Source: Candidatus Latescibacterota bacterium (GTDB lineage: Bacteria; Latescibacterota; UBA2968; UBA8231). From it: 64,000 nt of DNA. This document shows, in pieces, positions 47,752 to 55,556 of this stretch. The DNA lies in assembly GCA_965221775.1 (NCBI GenBank), contig CBDCSU010000005.1:441216-505215 (forward strand), read 5' to 3'. Position numbers and translations under genes: made by a program. The notes under the pieces are model-generated. The model was not told the origin of the DNA. It searched no databases and worked only from the letters and a program-made list of their open reading frames with translations. How positions within the stretch are numbered: the first letter of the stretch is position 1; each line of letters starts with the position of its first letter.

Positions 47752-48471
47752 TCAACCCCCTTCGGTTTGGTGCCGCTCAACCAACTCGGCCATGCTGCCG
47801 AATCGGAAGTCTGGCTCCACCGCCTGCGATGGCGGGAACGTAGCGCCGCCGCCACGGCCTCCCCGCCGGTCGATCCATACCGTGGCCAGTCCCATCGCCT
47901 TGGCCGGCACGTGGTCGTGGAAGAGGCTCTGCGCCACGTGCAGGATGCCCTCCGGGCCGGCGCCGAAGTCGGCTCTCACCCTGGCCAGCAGGAACTCGAA
48001 GTTGGCCGCCGCCGGCTTGTACGAGCCGATCTCCTCGGCGGTGAGCACCGCGTCCCAGGGATCACCGAGGCGGGCGGCGCTGCCGTGGTAGCTGGCGCGG
48101 TCGCAGTTGGTGAGGGTGACCAGCCGGTGGTGGCCCTTCAGCCAGCCCAGCGCCGGGGCCGCGTCCTCGTAGGCGGGCCAGTCGCCGACGGACCGGCCGA
48201 AGCGGCGGCTCTCCGCCTGATCAGTTTCCGCGCCCCATCGCCGGGCCAGGCCGTGGTGAACGGCCGCCAGCAGGTCCGCGTAGAGCAGGCCGGGGTTCGC
48301 CGCCTGGCAGGCCGACTCCTCGCGGGCGAAGGCGGTCAGGGCGTCATCGCGGACCGGCGGATCGGCCAGCCGCGAGCAGAGGGGCTGCAGCGCCTCCCAG
48401 ATCCCGGTCTCCCAGTCGATCAGGGTGCCGTAGGTGTCGAAGGTGAGGACGGGGAAATCGCGCAGGCCCAT
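47752..48471 (-). CDS. HAD-superfamily hydrolase (haloacid dehalogenase type II-like)
   Basis: FDTYGTLIDWE is HAD motif I. LTNCD and GSYKP are present, and the C-terminal HVAQSLFHDHVPA is typical of 2-haloacid dehalogenase-like proteins. Confidence 0.8.
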   Translation of the reverse strand: MGLRDFPVLTFDTYGTLIDWETGIWEALQPLCSRLADPPVRDDALTAFAREESACQAANPGLLYADLLAAVHHGLARRWGAETDQAESRRFGRSVGDWPAYEDAAPALGWLKGHHRLVTLTNCDRASYHGSAARLGDPWDAVLTAEEIGSYKPAAANFEFLLARVRADFGAGPEGILHVAQSLFHDHVPAKAMGLATVWIDRRGGRGGGATFPPSQAVEPDFRFGSMAELVERHQTEGG

Positions 48472-48480
48472 GGGGTCGCC

Positions 48481-50139
48481 TCAACCGGAGCGCTCGCAGG
48501 TGCTGCCCGGCGCCAGCCGTTCCTCGCGCCACGGGCTCTCCTCGCCGTCGCCGGGGATTCTCCAGGAGAAGGCCAGCTGCGTCTCTCCCCCGTTGTGGAA
48601 GACCACCATCGTCGAGCGGCGGGTCGTGCCCGACGCGGTCCTGGTGGAGGCCGCCCTGCGCGAGGGGATCGACGCCGAGGACGAGATCGCCTCGGCCGCT
48701 GACTGCTCCCCGGGAAGGGGGCGCACCAGGGAGAGCAGGGTCGCGGGCGGATGGCTCCTGCCGTCCTCCCGCCGGATCTCCATCAGCGGCCGGACCTCGC
48801 CCTGAATCTCCCGCGTCCCCAGCAGCAGCGGGCCGTAGCACGCCGTGACCGCTCCCTGCCCCCAGTTGCGGCCGTGTCCCGCGGCCACCGAGCAGACGGC
48901 GCCGCCCATGTCCGCGTGTTCCCGTCCGCCGCGCAGCACGCGCCGGGCCATCTGCAACCGCGTCGCGGCGCCGCGCAGGGCCCGCGCCGCGTGCCCGATC
49001 TCCCCCGTCAGCTGCCAAGCCAGGGTCAGGGTGGCCGTGGACGGCTCGCGGACCGGCTTCACCGATCCATCCTCGGACCACTCGCCCCAGAAGGCCATGT
49101 CCGCCCGCTTGCCGACCCCCGGCGCCCGGATGCGCCGCTCCTCGGGAAAGACCAGGGCCAGCCGCTCCGGCGGGCTCTCGGGCAGAGCTTCCAGCCCCGA
49201 GCGGATCTCCGCGTCGAGGCCGGTGTCGGCGAAGGTCCAGCGGTAGTAGCTCAGGGCCGCCGCCGCGGGATCGTTGCAGGGGTCGTCGAGGCTGGTCACC
49301 AGGGGCTCCACGATCCGCCTCGCCGCCTCCCGGAAGACCTCCTCGCCGGACAGCATCCACAGATCGCCCAGGGCGTAGACCGCGCCCGAGGCCAGCAGGT
49401 TCTCGATGCCGGCGAGCGGGTCCCCGGGAAGGTGGTGGGCGCTGGCAGCGATCCCGTGCAGACCTCTCGCGTCGACCTCGGCCTCGTCGAGCCCCTTGCC
49501 GTCGAGGGTCCACAGCAGCGGCATCGGCTCCGGCGCCGCCACCAGGCGCCCGGCCCGCTTGCGGCCATGGCGCAGGGCCCACTCCAGGTAGCGCTCCGCC
49601 CCCGTCACCCGGTGGGCGGCGAGGGCGATGTGGAGGAAGCGGAAGTGCTCGGCCAGCTCGAAGGCCTCGCTGTCGTCGTTGGTCACACACCGGGTGCCGA
49701 TGCGGTAGCCGACGAAGGTGTCCCGCGAGTCGTCGTACCACGGCGGGACCTCGGGCACCCAGTTGCCGATGTGCTCGGCGGCATCCGCCAGCAGCGAGAC
49801 CGCCTCGGAATCCCGCGGCTGCAGGCCGATATAGCGCGGCAGGAAGAGCAGGAACGGTTCCGGCCCGTGATGGGCCTCGGCTTCGGGCTCGTACCCGTGG
49901 AGGCACTCGCGCTCCACCCAGCCCTTCAGAGCCGCCTTCAGCGCCTCGAAGTGGCGCAGGACCGCCTCGTCGCCGGTGACCAGGTAGTGGGGGAACCACG
50001 CGAGGGCATAGTTGGCCTCGTCCTCGCCGCCGTCGTTGGGGCCGGGCGGATCGAGGCGCCGGCTCTGACGGAGCCAGGCGTCCATCTCGGACCGGAGGGC
50101 GGTGTAGGCGCTATAGCTTTGTTGAATCTGATCCTTCAT
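48481..50139 (-). CDS. hypothetical 552-aa protein (helical-repeat-like, no family recognised)
   Basis: This is a long ORF with normal amino-acid composition. Its stop lies 10 nt upstream of the HAD start, so the two are a likely operon. I recognise no motif. Confidence 0.5.
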   Translation of the reverse strand: MKDQIQQSYSAYTALRSEMDAWLRQSRRLDPPGPNDGGEDEANYALAWFPHYLVTGDEAVLRHFEALKAALKGWVERECLHGYEPEAEAHHGPEPFLLFLPRYIGLQPRDSEAVSLLADAAEHIGNWVPEVPPWYDDSRDTFVGYRIGTRCVTNDDSEAFELAEHFRFLHIALAAHRVTGAERYLEWALRHGRKRAGRLVAAPEPMPLLWTLDGKGLDEAEVDARGLHGIAASAHHLPGDPLAGIENLLASGAVYALGDLWMLSGEEVFREAARRIVEPLVTSLDDPCNDPAAAALSYYRWTFADTGLDAEIRSGLEALPESPPERLALVFPEERRIRAPGVGKRADMAFWGEWSEDGSVKPVREPSTATLTLAWQLTGEIGHAARALRGAATRLQMARRVLRGGREHADMGGAVCSVAAGHGRNWGQGAVTACYGPLLLGTREIQGEVRPLMEIRREDGRSHPPATLLSLVRPLPGEQSAAEAISSSASIPSRRAASTRTASGTTRRSTMVVFHNGGETQLAFSWRIPGDGEESPWREERLAPGSTCERSG

Positions 50140-50339
50140 CCTGCCAAGGGCTCCCGTAATTGCAGAAAGACCTCAACCCTCGCTTGCCCTCAAGCTATGT
50201 CATGTCTGCCGGAAGCACACCGCGCCGTTCGCGGATCGGCGCGGGAACCCCCTCGCGAATCTGCGGCCGACAGTCGAACGCCATTCCATTCCGGGCTCAC
50301 ATTTCTTCGGAGGTCGACATCTCTCTTTCGTGCTGGCAT

Positions 50340-51032
50340 ATGAGAGTGGCCGCCTGCCTCTTCCTGCTTCTGCAGGGGTGCTCGGTCCAGGACGATACGT
50401 GGATGGGTCTCGGAGTCGAGCCCGAGAGTCGATGCTCCCCCTACAACCGCACGCCGGACTACCGGCACTCTCCACATCTGGAGCCCGCCATAGCGGCCAG
50501 GATGGGAGGCATCCGGTGCCGCTATACAGGGAGGGTTTACCGCAGCCTTCTACAGACCGACATCGAGCACGTGGTCGCCTTGAGCGAAGCCCACGACTCG
50601 GGCCTGTGCGCGGCGGATGCGGCGACGAAGCGGAGGTTCGCCAACGACCTGTTGAATCTGACGCTCTCCGATCCCGCCGTGAACTACCAGAAGGGCGCGA
50701 AGGACGCCGGGGAGTGGATGCCGCGGATCGATCCACGCGGGTTTGCGGAAACCGTCATCCAGGTGAAGCGCAAGTATGGACTGAGCATCGACAGGAGGGA
50801 GCGGGCAGCCCTCGAGAGAGCCCTGGACGGCCACTGGGTGGCGCCTCCTGCATCCATGGGAGACCTGGCCGAGTTGCCGGAGGCCGGCCATCCTCTCGAT
50901 CTGTGGGACGACAACGGCAACGGGCGGATCACCTGTGCGGAGGCAGAACGCCACGGCACCCCGGTGAAGCGCGGCCATCCGGCGTACGTCTACATGAGGG
51001 ACGGCGACGGCGACGGGTGGGTTTGTGAGTAG
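50340..51032 (+). CDS. secreted/lipoprotein HNH-like nuclease (DUF1524-type) with C-terminal Excalibur calcium-binding domain
   Basis: ATG 50340 begins MRVAACLFLLLQGCS, which is lipobox-like. TDIEHVVALSEAH...NLTLSDPAVNYQKG is His-Me finger/DUF1524-like. DDNGNGRITCAEA...DGDGDGWVCE is the Excalibur DxDxDGxxCE motif. Confidence 0.6.
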   Translation: MRVAACLFLLLQGCSVQDDTWMGLGVEPESRCSPYNRTPDYRHSPHLEPAIAARMGGIRCRYTGRVYRSLLQTDIEHVVALSEAHDSGLCAADAATKRRFANDLLNLTLSDPAVNYQKGAKDAGEWMPRIDPRGFAETVIQVKRKYGLSIDRRERAALERALDGHWVAPPASMGDLAELPEAGHPLDLWDDNGNGRITCAEAERHGTPVKRGHPAYVYMRDGDGDGWVCE

Positions 51033-51056
51033 GGGCGCCACCACATCGCGCGGCTT

Positions 51057-51305
51057 CTACCCCCCGCCCGCACTCGCGGGCAATTCGGCTCTCCAGCCAG
51101 GTGCAGCGAATGAGTAGCTGGGTAGGTCGGCAGCACCAGACCCGTAACCCCGACAAGCGCCAGATCGAACCTCAGCCCTGATGGCAGGGGCCAGTCCCGC
51201 AGCATCGGCTGTGCTCCGATGCCGGGTCGAAGATCTCCGGACCGAGTCCGCAGGATCCCATGGCAAGGCACCGGACATCCTCCGTCCGATTGGCCTCAAG
51301 CGGCG
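51057..51305 (-). pseudogene. relic of the 3' end of an acyltransferase-3 paralog
   Basis: The minus-strand translation IGAQPMLRDWPLPSGLRFDLALVGVTGLVL...PRVRAGG aligns with the C-terminus of the intact gene at 55557..57221 (IIGAQFAVRDWPLPSAVKFVLVLVAVTGFLL...PRVRAGG*). The C-run before the stop is one C shorter (6 vs 7), which puts the TAG out of frame. Everything 5' of the relic is missing. Confidence 0.65.
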
Positions 51306-51312
51306 ACCGATC

Positions 51313-51376
51313 CAACTAAGATTTTAGTTGACATGCGCCGCGGCGCCGGGTATGTTCTCAACTAAACCCTTAGTTG
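51313..51376 (+). promoter_or_regulatory. sigma70-like promoter flanked by two identical-arm palindromic operators (putative BlaI-family autoregulation site)
   Basis: The two palindromes are CAACTAA-GATT-TTAGTTG (51313-51330) and CAACTAA-ACCC-TTAGTTG (51359-51376). The -35 TTGACA lies at 51328-51333, followed by a 17-nt spacer and the -10 TATGTT at 51351-51356. AGGAG lies at 51379-51383, 7 nt before ATG 51391. Confidence 0.6.
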
Positions 51377-51390
51377 ATAGGAGCAGCCGC

Positions 51391-51798
51391 ATGGCTCAAA
51401 GAGGGGGACCCGACAAGAGGCTGACCCCGCTCGAGACACTGATCATGAACGTCCTCTGGGACGATTCGCCCGCCGCCGTCCGCCAAGTTCAGCAGCGGCT
51501 CGAGGCGGTCAGGCCCATGGCCTACAACACCGTCCTGACCATGATGCGCATTCTGCGCGAGAAGGGCTTCCTGGTGTCGGAGCGCGAGGGCCGGTCCGAC
51601 CTCTACCGACCGGTGGTGACGCGCGAGGACATGGCGCGGCGGTCCCTGGGCGACGTCATGGACTCCTTCTTCTCCGGCTCGGCCGAGGCGCTGGTCAGCC
51701 AGCTGCTGGACGGCCAGTCCCTCACCGAGGAGGAGCTGAGATCGATCCGCGCCGAGCTGGACCGGGCCCTCCAGCGCAGAAGGGGGAAGCGGCGATGA
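51391..51798 (+). CDS. BlaI/MecI/CopY family transcriptional repressor
   Basis: A winged-helix region reads LTPLETLIMNVLWD...AYNTVLTMMRILREKGFL...R..Y.P. The stop overlaps the M56 gene start (ATGA). Confidence 0.85.
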   Translation: MAQRGGPDKRLTPLETLIMNVLWDDSPAAVRQVQQRLEAVRPMAYNTVLTMMRILREKGFLVSEREGRSDLYRPVVTREDMARRSLGDVMDSFFSGSAEALVSQLLDGQSLTEEELRSIRAELDRALQRRRGKRR

Positions 51799-53627
51799 GC
51801 GCGGCCCTGAACGGGCTGGGCAACCAGCTCTTCGCCTGGCTGGGCCCGCTGAGCATCGAGCTGGTGGGGCTGGCGGTCCTGGTGCTGGCGGCTTGCCGTC
51901 TGGTGAAGTCGCCGGCCCTGCGCCACCTGTTGTGGCTGGCCGTGCTCGTCAAGCCGATCGCCGCCGTTGTGGTCAGCTCCCCCTATACGGTATTCGCGCC
52001 CCTGGCGGCGTTCGTGCAGCCCGGCTGGGATGCCCTCCCTGCCTGGAGGGTTGAGCACCTGACGCTGACGCCCCTGGCAGCGGCTCCCGCGGCCTTCGCC
52101 ACAAGCAGCGTGCCGTTTACCCCTGCCGCCTGGGGAGCGCTCCTGTGGCTCGTGGGCGCGACGTTGCTCATCGGGAGGACCCTGGCCGGCTTCGGCATCC
52201 TCCGGCGACTCCGGCGGCAGGCGCATGTGCAACGAGAGGGTCCGCTCTTCGAGGCTCTGCGGCGGGCGCGCGCGTCCCTCGACTGTCACCCCGGGGTCGA
52301 GGTGGCCACCTCTCCCTCCATCCGCTCGCCCATGGTCCTCGGCATCCTCAGACCGCTCATCGTCGTTCCCGCCGATCTCGTGCAGAGACTGCGGGGTGAC
52401 GAGTTGACCCTGGTCCTCATGCACGAACTGGCCCACGTGCGCCGCTGCGACAATCTCACATTGCTGCTGCAGAGACTGGTCACGGCCGTCCTGTTCTTCC
52501 ACCCCGCCCTGTGGCTGTGCGGCCGCATGCTGCGGCGCGAAGCCGAGCAGGCCTGCGACGATCTCGTGGTCGGCGTCACCGCCCGCCCGGAAGCGTATGC
52601 GCGCGGCCTCACCTTAGTCGCCGAAGAGGCGGCTCACTCCAACCCACGAACCAGGAGAGTCCCCATGATGAGCACCTTTGCCGCCACCGAGTCCCATCTC
52701 TCGCGGAGGATCCGCCGGACTCTGCACGGTGGTGCGCGCCGGATGGGAACGCGGGCGCGCGTGCTTGCGGTGGTACTGCTGTTCCCTCTGGCCGCCGTGA
52801 CCCTGCCCTCGTACGGCGCTGCAGACAACTGGGTGGCGGCCGAGACGGCTTCGGCTATCGCGGCCGACTCCAGTGCTGCTGCCACCGGCCGGGACGAAGT
52901 CGTGACGCTCGAGGAACTCACCGACAGAATGGCCAAGGGCATACGAATGGTGGAGGAAACTCACACCGAGGGAGTGCGCCGTCGCATTGTGGCGGCGCCC
53001 GAGAGCGGGGTGAAGGTGGTGATCCAGGAGCTGGATGTGGCGGGCAGCCGCAAGTCGGACCCAGATGAAGCAGTCGCTCGGGCGATCGAGCAGATAGAGG
53101 ATCTCCAGTCAGAAGCTATCGGGAGAATCGCAGCCCAAGCCAACGAACTGACCGGAGAGGAGTCGTTGCACAGGATCCTTGAAGCCCTCGATGAGAGTCG
53201 TATCATGCGAGAGGCGGTGGCCACCGACCCGGATGAATGGTCGGATGAGTTAAAGGCACAGCTGCTCGCCCTCAAGCCGGACAGTACCATCGAGGAGATC
53301 GTCGAGTTTGTGCGCGGCGTTCGCAGTGGAACCGTGCTGTATGGGTACTCCGTGCGCGGAGAGGATCGCATGGAACCCGAGGGTGTCTTCCTCATTATGG
53401 TGGATCAGGACGGCAACATGAGGCTGAACGGCAAACCCGTGACCTTCGCGAACCTTGGAGACGAACTGGGGAACCAGAGAAGCAAGCTGGACACCACCTC
53501 CATGATCATCATTCGGAGCGCCGAGGGGGTAGCCCGCGGGCGGATCGTCGAGATCATGGACATCGCACGCCAAGCGGGGCTTGTCGATCAGGTCCTTGTC
53601 GATCAGATCCTTGCCACGGAGCCATAG
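51795..53627 (+). CDS. M56 (BlaR1-like) family metallopeptidase/signal transducer with ExbD-like C-terminal domain
   Basis: The HExxH motif lies in LVLMHELAHVRRCDN, followed by FFHPALW. There are 4 N-terminal TM segments and one later TM. The C-terminal 80 aa (from nt 53382), FLIMVDQDGNMRLNGKPV...IIIRSAEGVARGRIVEIMDIARQAGL, resemble an ExbD/TolR periplasmic domain. Confidence 0.8.
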   Translation: MSAALNGLGNQLFAWLGPLSIELVGLAVLVLAACRLVKSPALRHLLWLAVLVKPIAAVVVSSPYTVFAPLAAFVQPGWDALPAWRVEHLTLTPLAAAPAAFATSSVPFTPAAWGALLWLVGATLLIGRTLAGFGILRRLRRQAHVQREGPLFEALRRARASLDCHPGVEVATSPSIRSPMVLGILRPLIVVPADLVQRLRGDELTLVLMHELAHVRRCDNLTLLLQRLVTAVLFFHPALWLCGRMLRREAEQACDDLVVGVTARPEAYARGLTLVAEEAAHSNPRTRRVPMMSTFAATESHLSRRIRRTLHGGARRMGTRARVLAVVLLFPLAAVTLPSYGAADNWVAAETASAIAADSSAAATGRDEVVTLEELTDRMAKGIRMVEETHTEGVRRRIVAAPESGVKVVIQELDVAGSRKSDPDEAVARAIEQIEDLQSEAIGRIAAQANELTGEESLHRILEALDESRIMREAVATDPDEWSDELKAQLLALKPDSTIEEIVEFVRGVRSGTVLYGYSVRGEDRMEPEGVFLIMVDQDGNMRLNGKPVTFANLGDELGNQRSKLDTTSMIIIRSAEGVARGRIVEIMDIARQAGLVDQVLVDQILATEP

Positions 53628-53700
53628 CCGATAGGCCGCGGCTATAGAGCCGGCCGGAGTTGGGCCGAACCGAAACCGGAAAGTGGACGAGGAGACGGTG

Positions 53701-55548
53701 ATGAGTTGGACCCTGAACGAACTGGGACATCAGCTCCTCGGCTGGTTGGTTCCGTTGAGCATCGAGCTGGCGGCACTGGCGGTCCTGGTGCTGGCCGCCG
53801 GCCGCCTGCTGCCGATCCGGTCGCCGGCCTTGCGCCACCTCCTGTGGCTGGCCGTGCTCGTCAAGCCGCTCGTCTCCCTGCTGGTCAACTCGCCCTGCAC
53901 GGTATACGCGCCGCTGGTGCCCCTGGCAGAGCCCGCCTCCCCCGTCGCGGATCTGCATGTCGAACACTTGGTGGTACAGGCCGCGGCCTCCCCCCCCATC
54001 GCCGAGAGCAGCCCGCGTCTTACGGCAGTCGGCTGGGGCATGGTGCTCTGGCTGGTTGGCGCGGCCCTGCTCACCGGACGGATCCTGATCGGCCACCGCG
54101 TCCTTCGTCGCCTGCGGCAGGAGGCCCATCTGCAGCGGGGCGGTCCGCTCTTCGCGGCCCTGCGGCAGGCGCGCGCGTCCCTCGACTGTCACCCCGGGGT
54201 CGAGGTGGCCACCTCTCCCTCCATCCGCTCGCCCATGGTCCTCGGCATCCTCAGACCGCTCATCGTCGTTCCCGCCGATCTCGTGCAGAGACTGCGCGGT
54301 GACGAGTTGACCCTGGTCCTCATGCACGAGCTGGCCCACGTGCGCCGCTGCGACAACCTCACATTGCTGCTGCAGAGACTGATCACGGCCGTCCTGTTCT
54401 TCCACCCAGCCCTGTGGCTGTGCGGCCGCATGTTGCGGCGCGAAGCCGAACAGGCCTGCGACGATCTCGTGGTATCCGCCGCCGGCCGCGCGGAAGCCTA
54501 TGCGCGGGGACTCACCCTGGTCGCCGAAGGGGCCCACTCAAACCCGCCAGCGAGGAGAGTCCCCATGTCGAGCACCCTTGCCGCCACCGAATCCGACCTC
54601 TCGCAGAGGATCCGCCGGACGCTGGACGGTGGTGCATCCCGGATGGGCCCGCGGGCGCGTTTGCTGGCGGTGGTACTGCTATCCCCTCTGGCCGCCGTGA
54701 CCCTGCCTGCTTACGGCGTTGCCGACAGCGCCACGGACGAAGTGACGGCAGCCGCTGGAGTCGCGTCTGCTTCCGTTTCTGCTGACGGAATCCTGGGAGA
54801 GGAGGCGGCCGCCGATTCGGAGGAGCAGCGGAGAACGGTGCTTGTGGAACCCGGACCCGACAGCACCACCGAGTGGACCGTGGAGGCGATGGAACGCCGC
54901 ATCCGGGAGTCGATCCGGCGCCGCATTCAGGAGGCGACCGATAGCGGTGAACCTGCTCCGGAGCTATGGCTCAGAATCCTCGATAACCACAGCATGATCA
55001 GGGATATGGCCGAGGCGGGACTCAAGTGCCGGGAATGCGCTCGCATCAAGCGGGGTACGGCTCAAAGGGACCTCCGGAACCTGTTTCTCGTGGTGTATCG
55101 AGACGGCAGCATGAAGCTGAACGAGAAGCCAGTGACCCTCGGAACCCTCGGAGACGAGTTGCAGGCGAGGAGACAACTGGTCGTAAACAACAGGATGGTC
55201 ATCCAGCACGACGGACGCGCCCCGGAGGGACAGGTCGTTCAAGTCATGGATGTCATACGCCAGGCAGGGCTGGTATCGCTCGGCTATCCGGTCATCGCCA
55301 CCGAAGAGGGGCACGGGACCTTGCGGGAGGCGCTGGCGACCGATCCGGAGGAATGGACGGAAGAGTTGAAGGACCGGGTTCTCGCGCTCCAACCTGGCAG
55401 TACTATCGAGGAGGTCTCCGACCTGGTGCGGCACCGGAGGAACTGGCTCAACCCGGGAACGACCGATCCTGACAGGTGGTCCGACGAACCTTCCAGCACC
55501 GTCGACCAGGACTGTCGAGGGTGTCCGCAAGAGACGGCAACAGACTAG
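53701..55548 (+). CDS. M56 (BlaR1-like) family metallopeptidase/signal transducer, tandem paralog, ExbD-like domain plus C-terminal extension
   Basis: ATG 53701 (MSWTLNELG...) aligns with the start of the first paralog. The HELAH core is identical. The ExbD-like segment FLVVYRDGSMKLNEKPV...VIQHDGRAPEGQVVQVMDVIRQAGL lies at about 55078-55290. Confidence 0.8.
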   Translation: MSWTLNELGHQLLGWLVPLSIELAALAVLVLAAGRLLPIRSPALRHLLWLAVLVKPLVSLLVNSPCTVYAPLVPLAEPASPVADLHVEHLVVQAAASPPIAESSPRLTAVGWGMVLWLVGAALLTGRILIGHRVLRRLRQEAHLQRGGPLFAALRQARASLDCHPGVEVATSPSIRSPMVLGILRPLIVVPADLVQRLRGDELTLVLMHELAHVRRCDNLTLLLQRLITAVLFFHPALWLCGRMLRREAEQACDDLVVSAAGRAEAYARGLTLVAEGAHSNPPARRVPMSSTLAATESDLSQRIRRTLDGGASRMGPRARLLAVVLLSPLAAVTLPAYGVADSATDEVTAAAGVASASVSADGILGEEAAADSEEQRRTVLVEPGPDSTTEWTVEAMERRIRESIRRRIQEATDSGEPAPELWLRILDNHSMIRDMAEAGLKCRECARIKRGTAQRDLRNLFLVVYRDGSMKLNEKPVTLGTLGDELQARRQLVVNNRMVIQHDGRAPEGQVVQVMDVIRQAGLVSLGYPVIATEEGHGTLREALATDPEEWTEELKDRVLALQPGSTIEEVSDLVRHRRNWLNPGTTDPDRWSDEPSSTVDQDCRGCPQETATD

Positions 55549-55556
55549 GAGCCGCT

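Noticed and set aside
47415-47843. A 142-aa + strand ORF contains GLSPEISDAG.
   Set aside because: It spans the AbiEi start region, the intergenic gap and the antisense of the HAD gene. Its only meaningful part is the duplicated sulfatase-end repeat, which I treat as a relic or att-like core and not as a gene.
50990-51271. A 93-aa minus-strand ORF lies in the gap upstream of blaI.
   Set aside because: It is not an independent gene. It reads through the decayed acyltransferase-3 3' fragment, which I report as a pseudogene, and into the antisense of the nuclease gene.
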